NCBI GenBank assembly: GCA_964611535.1
Contig: CAZTAE010000001.1
Span: forward strand, 1 to 59,312
Direction of reading: 5' to 3'
Source: an uncultured Woeseiaceae bacterium
GTDB taxonomy: Bacteria; Pseudomonadota; Gammaproteobacteria; Steroidobacterales; Woeseiaceae
DNA: 59,312 bases
Part shown: positions 1-9,503 of the stretch, one piece after another
Numbering within the stretch: the stretch's first letter is position 1
Layout of the letters: each line of letters opens with the position of its first letter
The notes under the pieces: model-generated
What the model saw: only the letters and a program-made list of their open reading frames with translations
Told to the model about the DNA's origin: nothing
Database searches by the model: none
Translations under genes and position numbers: made by a program

Positions 1-1660
1 CCTGCACGCGGTACTCGCTGTCCAGCCGCCACTCCAGCCGCTCGCTCATGCGCCAAGTGGCGGCGAGCGTAGCACGATGGCGGGCGTAATTCAGCGCGTA
101 GAAGCTGGCGTCGACGGTCGCGGCGCCGTAGTCGGCGTCCTTGTCCACGTAGGTATAGCCGGCGGCGAGCCCCAGGTCTGCCCATTCGCGGCGGATAAAC
201 GTCTCGAGGCCCAGAACGTCGTCATCCAGCGCATTCGCCTGCCGCGCGAACGGCGCGCCCCGTGCGTAGGTCCAGTCCACGAGGTCGTCGTCGCTGCGAT
301 AGAAGAGCGTGAGCCGCGCCTCCCAATCCGCAGCTTCCCTGCCGACGCTCGCCGTGAGCTGCCGCGCCTTTTCGCGGCCGAGTGCGGCGTTGCCGCCAAA
401 GAGTCCGGAAGGCGGCGATGCGAGTGCGGTGTAGCCCGGCACCTGCGAGGCCTGCGCGTATTCGAGCGCGACGAAGCTCGAGTGTCCTCCGTTCGTCCGG
501 CTGTACGTCAGGCCGAGCAGCGGCGAAACCGTCTCGCTGTCCCGATCCGAGCCGTCCAGTGTGGCGCCGAAGCGCAGCGTCACAACCGTGTCCGGCGAGA
601 GCGCGAAATCGATCGATGGCAGCAGGCCCAGCTTGAAATAGCGCCTGCGAGTGAACTCGCCTTGCGTGAGGTCGGTCGAGGCCACCAGCTCGTCGGCCGT
701 GAACTGCCCGGCGTAGCGCCAGTCGATCCGGCCGCCGCGATGCAGGCCGTGGAAGCCGAGCGCCTGGACCGCCGTCTCGTGCTCGAAAGCACCCGGCACG
801 CCGGCCTCCTCCGTGCTGCGGTCGAAGTCGTAGTCGTCCACCAGGCGGCGATGATATGCGCCGAGCTCGATCCAGCCACGGGAAAGTGCCTGCCGGTGAT
901 TCGCGAGCAGGAGCGTGGTCTTGCTGTGGTCGGTTTCGGCAAAGGTCGAGAAGCCCGTGTAGGCGCCGGGCCAGCCGTAGAACTTGTCCTGATAGGCGAG
1001 GATGAGGTCGCTCTGGCTGTCGTCGTCGCGGCGCTGCAGGTGCAGGTTGTAGCGCTGGAAGTCGTGGTCGCCGCCGGGCCGGCTGCCGTCGCCCCGGGAC
1101 GACGCAGCCGACACCGCCGCCGCCGTCGTGGCGCCCTCGCCGCCACGGACGGCCGTCGCCCGCAGCGAATGGACCTGCAGCGAGTCGCTGCCGGCGCCGA
1201 CGGCGACGGCGCCACCGTCCGTCACCGGCAGGATCGAGTAGCGGACTGTCCCGACCGCCGAATTGAAGCCGCCGATCGCGTTGTCGACGTCGGTCAGGCG
1301 TTCCGGCGCCGACAACGTCGCCGGGTCCACGGGCAGGCCCGCGGCGTAGTGGCCGGTCTGCGGGTCCATGACCGTGACGGCGCCGACACGAAAGCCCGTG
1401 TTTTCGAAGATGCCGCCGCGTACGGTGACGTCCGCCTGGCCTTCCGGCAGCCCGCGGGACTGCAGCTCCGTCAGCGGGTCGAAGCGCAACGCCGTTGCCA
1501 GGCTGGCGTAACTGCCGGCCGGGCGCTTGTTGGCGATACGCTCGGCCCGGACCGTGATCTCGGAGATCTCCGCATCAGCCGGTTCGTCGCCCAGGGCATC
1601 GGCGCTCAGCACAGCAGTTACGCATGCAACCTGCACCGCGCGTTCGCATAAGCGTCCCAT
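1..1660 (-). CDS. TonB-dependent receptor, partial (C-terminus runs off the left window edge)
   Basis: Absent from the ORF track because it has no stop inside the window. It lies in the antisense phase of shadow ORF 77..1651. From ATG at 1660..1658 the minus strand reads MGRLCERAVQVACVTAVLSADALGDEPADAEISEITVRAERIANKRPAGSYASLATALRFDPLTELQSRGLPEGQADVTVRGGIFENTGFRVGAVTVMDPQTGHY..., a signal peptide followed by a TonB plug domain. Near the left edge it reads ...DASFYALNYARH..., which is beta-barrel-like. I hand-translated only parts of the frame, not all of it. Confidence 0.75.
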   Translation of the reverse strand, partial: MGRLCERAVQVACVTAVLSADALGDEPADAEISEITVRAERIANKRPAGSYASLATALRFDPLTELQSRGLPEGQADVTVRGGIFENTGFRVGAVTVMDPQTGHYAAGLPVDPATLSAPERLTDVDNAIGGFNSAVGTVRYSILPVTDGGAVAVGAGSDSLQVHSLRATAVRGGEGATTAAAVSAASSRGDGSRPGGDHDFQRYNLHLQRRDDDSQSDLILAYQDKFYGWPGAYTGFSTFAETDHSKTTLLLANHRQALSRGWIELGAYHRRLVDDYDFDRSTEEAGVPGAFEHETAVQALGFHGLHRGGRIDWRYAGQFTADELVASTDLTQGEFTRRRYFKLGLLPSIDFALSPDTVVTLRFGATLDGSDRDSETVSPLLGLTYSRTNGGHSSFVALEYAQASQVPGYTALASPPSGLFGGNAALGREKARQLTASVGREAADWEARLTLFYRSDDDLVDWTYARGAPFARQANALDDDVLGLETFIRREWADLGLAAGYTYVDKDADYGAATVDASFYALNYARHRATLAATWRMSERLEWRLDSEYRVQ

Positions 1661-2027
1661 AACCCCCCGCAATTCCGGCACCGCTACCCGGACGGTCGTT
1701 CTTTGGCTTTGCCGCCGGAGACAAACGCCATCGGCGGGAACAAGAGGCTACTTTCTGTCGCCCCGGCGAGTCAACGCGGCAACTGCCGCTTCCGATCGCC
1801 TCCTCACCCTCCCCGTGCTGTCGGCTGGCCGGAAAAGGAGCCTCCGAACTCGTCGCAACTACAGCCTGGCCGCATCGCTCCTTCCGGCATTGCCGGGAAC
1901 CGCTGCACGCGATTCCGTGATGAAAAGTTGCGCCAAACGCAATGCAATAGGCCGCTATCGTCATTGATGCGATTCCCGGCATTACTTATCGTGCCGGACA
2001 CCGACCATGCCCTGACCGGAGGCGAGA

Positions 2028-4226
2028 ATGCTCGCTCATACCGCACGTAATCGAAAGGCGCTTCTCACCCTGATTGGACTGCTGGCTGCCGCCACAACTG
2101 CGTCCGCGGCGACCGATCGGCCGACGCTGACCCTCGACAGCATATTTTCCGGCGAGGATTTCCAGGACAAGACGGTCGAGAACGTGCAATGGAGCAGCGA
2201 CGGGTCGAGCTTCACGTTCACCGTTCCGAACCCCCGGACGAGACTGCCGGATGTCCACGAGCACGACGTTGCTACCGGGGATGAACGGCTGGTACTGGCG
2301 GCCGAGACGTTCACGCGCCGGGATGTACGGCCGAGCCGCTACGAATGGACCGAAGATCGTCGCTTTCTGCTGGTGACGGGACCGACGAGGCGGACCTGGG
2401 ACAGCGTCATCGAGGCACCGTACTGGATCTACGATACCAGGAGCAAGGAGCTGCGGGCGCTCGCCGAGGGCAGCGAGTCCCTGCGAAACGTACGCCTGTC
2501 CCCCGACGGAAGGCACGTCGGCTATGTAACGGGCAACGACCTCTACATCACGGAACTGGGTACGGGTGATACGCGAGCGGTGACCTCTGACGGAAGCCCG
2601 AACATCTTCAATGGCATTTTCGACTACGGCAGCACCATGTTCGGCTTTACGGAGGCCTGGCACTGGTCGCCGGACGGCCACAAGATCGCGTTCTGGCGCC
2701 TGGATGTCACCGACGTGAAGGTCTTTTATATCGTCGACGAGCTGGGCAAATATAACGAGATCCATAGACTCAAGTACCCGAACACGGGCGAACGCCACGC
2801 CGTCAACCAGATAGGGATATACGACCTGCAGAGCGGACGCACCGTCTGGATGGACATCGGCGACGATCCCGACGATTACATTCCGCTGATCGGGTGGGCG
2901 CCGTCTTCGGAACTGCTCGCCATACAGCGACTCACCCGCGACCACCAGCGCCTCGACCTGCTCATGGCCGATCCGGACTCGGGCGCAACGCGCCTGATTG
3001 TCACCGACCGTGATCCGGCCTGGATCGACATCACCGGGGATCTCATGTTTCTCGAGGCGGGGGACCGGTTCGTCTGGACCTCCGAAAAGAGCGGCTGGCG
3101 CCACGCCTACCTTTACGACTACGAGGGCAACGAGACGCAGCTGACCAGCGGCGACTGGGAAATCTCATCGCTCGTTGCCGTCGATGAAGCGGAAGGATGG
3201 CTGTGGTTCTACGCGAAGAAGGACTCTTTGATAGACCAGCACATCTATCGAGTGCGCCTGGAAGGCGGAGAGGTCGAGAAAGTGTCCGGACAAGCCGGCT
3301 GGTATGAATGGGAGTTCTCGCCGGACAGGCGCCATGTCGTCGAAAGATACTCGGACACCCGGACGCCGCCGGTGACCTCGCTGCGGCACGCTTCGGGCGA
3401 GCTGCTCAGGGTCCTGGAGGAGAATGAGCTCCCGGGGCTGGACAAGTACGTGGTACCCACCCTCGAATTCCTCGAGGTGGAAACGTCCGATGGCATCGTG
3501 CTCAACGCCTCGATGATAAAGCCGCCCGGCTTCGACGAAGACAGGAGGTATCCCGTCATCGGCTACGGCTACGGCAATGCCGGCTCGCAGGTCGTCGTCA
3601 ACCGCTGGGAAGGCCGGAGCGGCATACAGCGCGAGCTCTGGCACAAGTACATGGCCGGGCAAGGCTTCATCGTATTCAGCATCGATAACCGCACTACCGC
3701 GGGCCGGGGTAAAGCAGCCAGGAACCTGACCTACGGGCATTACGCAAAGTACGCCGTCCACGACCAGCTCGAAGGGGTGCAGTACCTGAAGTCGCTGCCC
3801 TACGTGGATGCGTCACGCATCGGCTTCTGGGGGTGGAGCGGCGGCGGCTACCTCGCGGCTGCACTGATGACCAAAGGCGCCCCTCATTACAAGGCCGGTG
3901 TCAGCGTCGCACCCGTTATCGACCTTTGGCGTTACCAGGCGGTCGGGGTTGAGCGCTGGATGGGCTTCTACGACGAAAACCGGGAAGGCTACAGGAAAGT
4001 GAATCTGATGAATGACGCGCACAAGCTGCAGGGGGACCTGTTACTGATCCACGGCACCGGCGACGAAAACGTCAAGTTCGGATTTACGCTGCAGTTCGCG
4101 GACGCGCTCATCAAGGAAGGCAAACAGTTCGACATGATGGTTTATCCGAACGAGCATCATGGCATCGAGGGCGCGCGGCTACACGTGTACACCAGGATCG
4201 CCGACTACTTCATGGAGAAGCTCTAA
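2028..4226 (+). CDS. Secreted dipeptidyl-peptidase IV / prolyl oligopeptidase family S9B serine peptidase
   Basis: 732-aa ORF with a signal peptide (LLTLIGLLAAATTASAA). The N-terminal region is DPP-IV beta-propeller-like. The C-terminal alpha/beta hydrolase carries the S9 nucleophile motif FWGWSGGGY, plus a later GTGDENV and an HHG histidine. Confidence 0.93.
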   Translation: MLAHTARNRKALLTLIGLLAAATTASAATDRPTLTLDSIFSGEDFQDKTVENVQWSSDGSSFTFTVPNPRTRLPDVHEHDVATGDERLVLAAETFTRRDVRPSRYEWTEDRRFLLVTGPTRRTWDSVIEAPYWIYDTRSKELRALAEGSESLRNVRLSPDGRHVGYVTGNDLYITELGTGDTRAVTSDGSPNIFNGIFDYGSTMFGFTEAWHWSPDGHKIAFWRLDVTDVKVFYIVDELGKYNEIHRLKYPNTGERHAVNQIGIYDLQSGRTVWMDIGDDPDDYIPLIGWAPSSELLAIQRLTRDHQRLDLLMADPDSGATRLIVTDRDPAWIDITGDLMFLEAGDRFVWTSEKSGWRHAYLYDYEGNETQLTSGDWEISSLVAVDEAEGWLWFYAKKDSLIDQHIYRVRLEGGEVEKVSGQAGWYEWEFSPDRRHVVERYSDTRTPPVTSLRHASGELLRVLEENELPGLDKYVVPTLEFLEVETSDGIVLNASMIKPPGFDEDRRYPVIGYGYGNAGSQVVVNRWEGRSGIQRELWHKYMAGQGFIVFSIDNRTTAGRGKAARNLTYGHYAKYAVHDQLEGVQYLKSLPYVDASRIGFWGWSGGGYLAAALMTKGAPHYKAGVSVAPVIDLWRYQAVGVERWMGFYDENREGYRKVNLMNDAHKLQGDLLLIHGTGDENVKFGFTLQFADALIKEGKQFDMMVYPNEHHGIEGARLHVYTRIADYFMEKL

Positions 4227-5545
4227 CGGCCGGAATTGCCATCCTGCTTGAGCTCGTTGCGGTACACGTAACCGCCCTTCATCACAAAGAGGATGTTGCG
4301 CAGCGCAGTGATGTCTTCCGTCGGATCGCGGTCGACTGCAACGATATCCGCATACTTGCCCTGCGCCAGGGAACCGGTCTCGTCGTCGGCATCCAGCATC
4401 CGGGCCGGTTCGATGGTGGCCGCCCGTAGAGCCTGCAGCGGCGACATACCGGCTTCCACGTAGTACTGCGCTTCTCTGGCTGTCGCCGTCGTGCCGTCGT
4501 TGGGCTCCGCCGGCAGCTGATCGGTTCCGAGGGCGATGTTGACGCCCTCGTCAATCGCCGTCTCCAGTGCCTTCCAGTGCTCCTTGCCGACGGAGTCGCG
4601 CCGCTTCAGATACCACTCCGGCGACCCGATCCGCTCGAAGAACGGCTGAGTCGCCGGCTGGCTGACGACTATTGTCGGCACGAGCCACGTTCCTTGCCGG
4701 CTCATTTTCCGCAAGACAGGCCGGTCCAGGAAATAGCCGTGCTCGATGCTGTCAACTCCCGCTTCGACGGCGATGTCCGTCGCGGCGGGCGAGCCGGAAT
4801 GCGCGGCGACCTTGGCTCCGAAACGGTGCGCAGCATCGACAACGGCGCGGATCTCCTCCGGCGTCATCAGGGCCTCGGCGATATCGCCACCGTCGGTCGC
4901 GATACCGCCGGAGATCAGGATCTTGACCCATGACGCGCCGGCACTGATCTCGCGCCGGGCCGCTTTCACGAGCTCGTAGGGACCGTCGCTGTAGGTGACG
5001 CCGGGCTCCGAACCGTGACCGCCGGTGATCACGAGCGATTCGCCCGAGCTGAATATCCTCGGCCCGTGTGCCTGCCCCTTGGCGATGGCGCTTTTCAGCG
5101 CCAGATCTCCATGTCGCTGTTCGCCTGGCAGACGTATGGTCGTAACACCTGCCTGCAGGCTCTCCCGGGCCGCCTCGGCCATTCGTAGCGTCAGTTCTCC
5201 TTCGGTTTCGTCTCCCAGCTCGGCGGCCATCTTCCCCGGCAGGACCAGCCCGAGGTGCACGTGCATGTTCATGAGGCCCGGGATGAGCCAGGCGTCCCCG
5301 AGCTCGATGACTTCCGCATCCTCCGGGACGTCGAGGGATCCAGCGGCTCCGATGGCCGATATCCTGTCGCCGTCGACCAGCACCACCGCGTCCCGCAGCG
5401 GTGTCCGGCCCTCGAGATCGACGACGGTTGCGCCGACCAGAGCCTTCATCGTCGGGTGCTCCTCAGCGTATGCCTGGACGCAAAGCAGCGCACAGCAGCT
5501 GCCCAGCAGAAAGGCACAAACGTGTCGGGTCAATTTCATCAGCAT
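4223..5545 (-). CDS. Secreted metal-dependent amidohydrolase (COG1228-type, dipeptidase/prolidase-like)
   Basis: 440-aa ORF with a signal peptide (FLLGSCCALLCVQAYA). It has the HxH metal motif PGLMNMHVHLG, a later AAHSGS and IEHG, and a C-terminal GTD...D. Its stop overlaps the DPP-IV stop on the opposite strand. Confidence 0.85.
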   Translation of the reverse strand: MLMKLTRHVCAFLLGSCCALLCVQAYAEEHPTMKALVGATVVDLEGRTPLRDAVVLVDGDRISAIGAAGSLDVPEDAEVIELGDAWLIPGLMNMHVHLGLVLPGKMAAELGDETEGELTLRMAEAARESLQAGVTTIRLPGEQRHGDLALKSAIAKGQAHGPRIFSSGESLVITGGHGSEPGVTYSDGPYELVKAARREISAGASWVKILISGGIATDGGDIAEALMTPEEIRAVVDAAHRFGAKVAAHSGSPAATDIAVEAGVDSIEHGYFLDRPVLRKMSRQGTWLVPTIVVSQPATQPFFERIGSPEWYLKRRDSVGKEHWKALETAIDEGVNIALGTDQLPAEPNDGTTATAREAQYYVEAGMSPLQALRAATIEPARMLDADDETGSLAQGKYADIVAVDRDPTEDITALRNILFVMKGGYVYRNELKQDGNSGR

Positions 5546-5625
5546 TACACCTGTCGGGTTTCCGTGCGACGCAGGCCCGCCGCCTCGCCCGCAGCGAGCG
5601 GCGCGCTATCTCTCAACGCGGTCCT

Positions 5626-7902
5626 TTATTCGCCGCCGAAGTCGTAGGTGAGCCGCAAGCCGTACGTCCGGTATGAGGGTTCGATGAACAGCCCGCCGGC
5701 GAATGCCTTCTGGTAGGCATTGGTGTAGTAGTTCTCATCGAACAGGTTTTCCGCGTATGCCACGACCGAAAGATCATCCCGTTCCAGACCCATGCGCAGA
5801 TTGAAGAAATCATAGCTGGGTACTTCCCAGGGAAAGCCGTCGTAAATCAACGAGGTAGTCGTCGGGCGGATCTCGTCGCGATACGTCCACTCGCCGCGGA
5901 CATAGCCCTCCCACTCGGGACCGATGTTGAAACCGTACTCCGCATCCGCTGCCAGCGTCCACTTCGGCGCATTCGGGATGGTCTGGCCGTCGAGGACGCG
6001 GTTCTGGCCGTCGATCAGCGCCGTAAACCTGTCGAACTTCGCGTCGAGATAGCCGGCGCTGAAATTCACCAGCAGGTTCTCGCCGAGCAATGCAGTCAGC
6101 GCCAGTTCTGCACCCTGCGAAGTTGCAGACTCCGCATTGTTCGTGCCCCCGAAGAGAACAAAATTTCCGTCTTCGTCGATCAGGTTTTCCTGGAAGGCCA
6201 CCTGCAGGTCCTCCCAGTCCATGTAGAACAACGCCGCATTGAGCCGCAACCTCTGGTCGAACAGCGCCGCCTTCACGCCGAGTTCGTAGTTCCACAGGGT
6301 TTCCGGATCGAATGACTCCCGGTCAGGGCTGGGCGCGATCTGCACGCCGCCCGATTTGAAGCCCTTGGATGCCGTCCCGAAGAACGTAAGACTTTCGTTT
6401 GCCTGCCATGTGAAAGCGAAACGAGGCGAGAAGTCATCGAAAGTCTCCTCGACGGACAGCACCGTAACCAGTACGCCGGAGAAGCCAGTGATGTCCGATC
6501 GCTTCGTCTCTTCGCTGTAGCGTCCACCGACGGAGACCGTCAGCCGGTCCGTCAGGTCGTAATCTGCCTGTCCGAATATGGCCCAGTAGTCGGCTTCACT
6601 GGTGGAATCTTCCCGATCGATCAGGAAGCCGTCGGGCAGTCCGAGCGGCTGCGCGGCACCGACGAAGGTGCGATTCCAGTCTTCGCCCTCGTCCTTCGCG
6701 TACAGCGCTCCGATGTTCCATTGCAGACGGCTGGCGTCGGTGTTCTGCAACCGGAACTCCTGGCTGATGCTTTGCCGCTCGAGATTCCGGAACTCGTTGA
6801 AGAAGTCGAGACTGCTACCGTCAATGTCGCCATTGAGGAAAAAGTCCGAGTTGATGTAGCCGCTGATGCTGGTCAGCAACAGATCGGACATCTCGTAGTC
6901 GACGCGGATGACGCCGTTTCTGAAAGACGTACCGACATCCTGCGGAGTATTGAAGTTGGTCCTGTTCCGGTTTTCGGGATAGAAACCGACGGTGTCGACG
7001 AACGGGTCTGACTCGCCGTCGCCGTCCCGGTCCGGGAAGCGGCCTGCGTAAAGCACGTCCCCTGCAAAGAGCGAGAACACGCCGGAGGGGACACCTTCGC
7101 GCATTCCCACGCTCTCGTCAGCCCATTGCCACGTCGTGTCGATGGTGAGGTTTTCGGTGGGGGTGTATCGGATCAGCGCCTTGGCGTACTGATACTCGGA
7201 GTCATTGCCGCCGCCGGTTGGATGAATGTTCTTGATATGCCCGTCCGATTCGCTGTGCTTCAGATTCAGGCGCGCGGCCAGCTTGTCGTCGACGAGCGGC
7301 ACGTTTACGACGCCCTCCAGGTCGATCGTATCGAAACGGGAGTAGTCGGCCATGATGGAACTGGAGAAGTCGTGCTCCGGTTTCCTGGAGGTAATACTGA
7401 CTCCACCACCCAACGCATTCCTGCCGAAGTATGTAGCCTGCGGCCCTCGGAGTATTTCGATGCGCTCGATATCCATGATCGGCGGGTTAATCGTGCTCGC
7501 AGCCACGCTGAAATCATCGACGTAAAAGCCCGTGGTCGAAGTTCCGACGAAACCGAGAAAGTTAGTGACGCCACGTATGCTGATCTGCCGTCGTGACCTC
7601 GCTCCATTGGTAATGAAACTGGCATTTGGAGTACGGGTTATGTAGTCGGCGACATCGGCGAACATGTTTTTTTCGATGGTGTCCGTCGTGAACGCCGAGA
7701 TACTGATGGGCACATCTTGAAGATTCTGTTCCCGCCGTTGCGCGGTGACCACGATCTCCTCGACGGTGTTCGATTGCTGCGCCGCCGCACTGCCGGGAAA
7801 TGCCGCCGCGACGACGATCGCAGGCAGCAACGCCACCGCGAGCCTTCCTCCGGAGGCGAAAACGGCATGATCGTTATGGTGTTCCTTCCCGATGGCCTTC
7901 AT
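5626..7902 (-). CDS. TonB-dependent receptor
   Basis: ORF 5626..8004. The likely start is the internal MKAIGKEHH at 7902. This is followed by a signal peptide (AAAFPGSAAAQQ) and the plug motif EEIVVTAQRREQNLQDVPISISAF...IEILRGPQATYFGRNALGG. A long beta-barrel follows. Confidence 0.9.
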   Translation of the reverse strand: MKAIGKEHHNDHAVFASGGRLAVALLPAIVVAAAFPGSAAAQQSNTVEEIVVTAQRREQNLQDVPISISAFTTDTIEKNMFADVADYITRTPNASFITNGARSRRQISIRGVTNFLGFVGTSTTGFYVDDFSVAASTINPPIMDIERIEILRGPQATYFGRNALGGGVSITSRKPEHDFSSSIMADYSRFDTIDLEGVVNVPLVDDKLAARLNLKHSESDGHIKNIHPTGGGNDSEYQYAKALIRYTPTENLTIDTTWQWADESVGMREGVPSGVFSLFAGDVLYAGRFPDRDGDGESDPFVDTVGFYPENRNRTNFNTPQDVGTSFRNGVIRVDYEMSDLLLTSISGYINSDFFLNGDIDGSSLDFFNEFRNLERQSISQEFRLQNTDASRLQWNIGALYAKDEGEDWNRTFVGAAQPLGLPDGFLIDREDSTSEADYWAIFGQADYDLTDRLTVSVGGRYSEETKRSDITGFSGVLVTVLSVEETFDDFSPRFAFTWQANESLTFFGTASKGFKSGGVQIAPSPDRESFDPETLWNYELGVKAALFDQRLRLNAALFYMDWEDLQVAFQENLIDEDGNFVLFGGTNNAESATSQGAELALTALLGENLLVNFSAGYLDAKFDRFTALIDGQNRVLDGQTIPNAPKWTLAADAEYGFNIGPEWEGYVRGEWTYRDEIRPTTTSLIYDGFPWEVPSYDFFNLRMGLERDDLSVVAYAENLFDENYYTNAYQKAFAGGLFIEPSYRTYGLRLTYDFGGE

Positions 7903-8491
7903 GATCTCCCCCTCGACCCTGGTTGGAAGTGCGCATGCGCACTCCTCTGCTGAAACCTGGATGCCACGATGCCCTGTCGGCAGCGAGCAGCTGCTTCGTG
8001 CCACCGTTGCGCCTCGCGAACAACGACGGCGAAAGCCGCAACAGTACCGACTGCAGTCCCAGTCAGTTGCAGTGCAAGAATATGCTTCGGTAGGGCGCGT
8101 TCAATACCAGCCGACGGGAAATTCTGTTGCACTAAGTGCAATCTCAGCGGCCGCCGGCAAGCGCCGGGAACGATGGGACACGTCGATTCGGGCAAGCAGC
8201 CTGCCGAATCGGCGCGGTACGCAGCACGTCGGTGCAAGGCCGGGGACGGGAACAGGGGCAACACGCGCAGCGATCCCCGGCTGGCCTGTGGGCATCGGCG
8301 ACCAGCACCGCCGCCTCCTTCACGCCCGGGAACCTTCCTGGCCCCGCTCAACGGCAGCGGAACCGTTGCAAACCCGGGACTGCATGCCACCCCTGTTGCG
8401 CCCCCCGCAACCTTTCAAGGCTGCAGCGCTATCACGGCCCGCCGGCAACGATAGTAGGCTTGCAGCAGGCAGCGAACGGAGTGGCCTCGGC

Positions 8492-9454
8492 ATGGTCCTG
8501 GAGTACGCGACGGTGATAAAGAACCTGCCTGCCGCATCGGTCGTTGCCGCCCTGCTCACTTCTGCTTTCGCGCTGGGGGCGGCAGAAACCGCATGCTCGC
8601 AGGACATGTCCACGTACTACACCGTAAAGCACCCGGAAAAGTTCGAAATCGACTGGACAGGGTTCTACAAAAGCGCCAACGCTGCGACGGCGGAGACCCG
8701 GGCGAAACTACCGCACCATCTGGACCGGAGATATGGCGAGGACCCGAAGCAGCAGCTCGATCTGTATTTGCCCATCGAACAGCCGGTCGATGCTCCCGTG
8801 TTCCTGTTCTTTCACGGAGGCGGCTTTCAGGAGGGTGACCGTGCCCACTACGGCTTCATCGCGCAGCCGTTTGCGGCCAGCGGCACGATTACGGCGATCG
8901 CGAGCTACCGTCTGGCAACCGCCGACTTCCACTATCCGGCGCAGACGAACGATGCCAGGACCGCGGTTCTGTGGATATACGAGCATATCAGCGACTTCGG
9001 CGGCGATCCGAACCGGATTTATGTCGGCGGGCATTCGGCGGGTGCAATTCTTGCCGCGGACCTGGGGCTTGATCGCTCCTGGCTGGAGGCGAGGGAAATA
9101 CCGCCGCAGGTTCTGCAGGGAATCGTACCGATCAGCGGCGTCTACGACCTGCGCAGCGCCGATCTCCCTGGATATGTCGACGCCTACGCACCGACCCCCG
9201 AGTCCCGGCGGCTGGCAAGCCCGCTCCTGAACATCGGCAATCCCGTGCCTTCCACGGTCGTCGCCGCAGGCTCACTGGAAGAGGGCGTCGTCGACGCATC
9301 CCGGTATCTGGCTGGCCGCCTTTCCGCGAGCGGCGTGGAGGCTCACATGGTGCTGCTTCCGGAGCACGATCACAGGGACACCGTGCTCGCGCTGGGCGAC
9401 GAGTCGAGCCCACTGTTCAAGGCGATACTCGACATGATGAATCGCCCGCTTTAA
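8492..9454 (+). CDS. Secreted alpha/beta hydrolase (esterase/lipase-type)
   Basis: C-terminal 321 aa of ORF 7892..9454, starting at in-frame ATG 8492 (MVLEYATVIKNLPAASVVAALLTSAFALGAA). It has the oxyanion motif FFHGGGFQEGDR and the nucleophile elbow GGHSAGA. The upstream 200 codons are Arg/Ala/Pro-rich and not protein-like. Confidence 0.8.
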   Translation: MVLEYATVIKNLPAASVVAALLTSAFALGAAETACSQDMSTYYTVKHPEKFEIDWTGFYKSANAATAETRAKLPHHLDRRYGEDPKQQLDLYLPIEQPVDAPVFLFFHGGGFQEGDRAHYGFIAQPFAASGTITAIASYRLATADFHYPAQTNDARTAVLWIYEHISDFGGDPNRIYVGGHSAGAILAADLGLDRSWLEAREIPPQVLQGIVPISGVYDLRSADLPGYVDAYAPTPESRRLASPLLNIGNPVPSTVVAAGSLEEGVVDASRYLAGRLSASGVEAHMVLLPEHDHRDTVLALGDESSPLFKAILDMMNRPL

Positions 9455-9503
9455 CCTGCTCGCGCGGGTGATTCGCCCGCACTGAAGACGGACGGACCGC
9501 GGC

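Noticed and set aside
77-1651. 524-aa plus-strand ORF (MAGVIQRVEAGVDGRG...)
   Set aside because: It is the antisense shadow of a minus-strand TonB-dependent receptor in the same codon phase. Its composition is Arg/Ala/Val/Gly-rich and low-complexity. The reverse strand gives a clean signal peptide and plug domain.
7903-8491. Cobalamin or TPP riboswitch in the long leader of the TonB receptor
   Set aside because: I looked on both strands for the B12 box (GCCACTG core) and for the TPP CTGAGA...CCTGATCTGG...GGGA arrangement. Only an isolated CTGAGA occurs on the minus strand, without the rest of the consensus. This cannot be excluded without a covariance-model scan.
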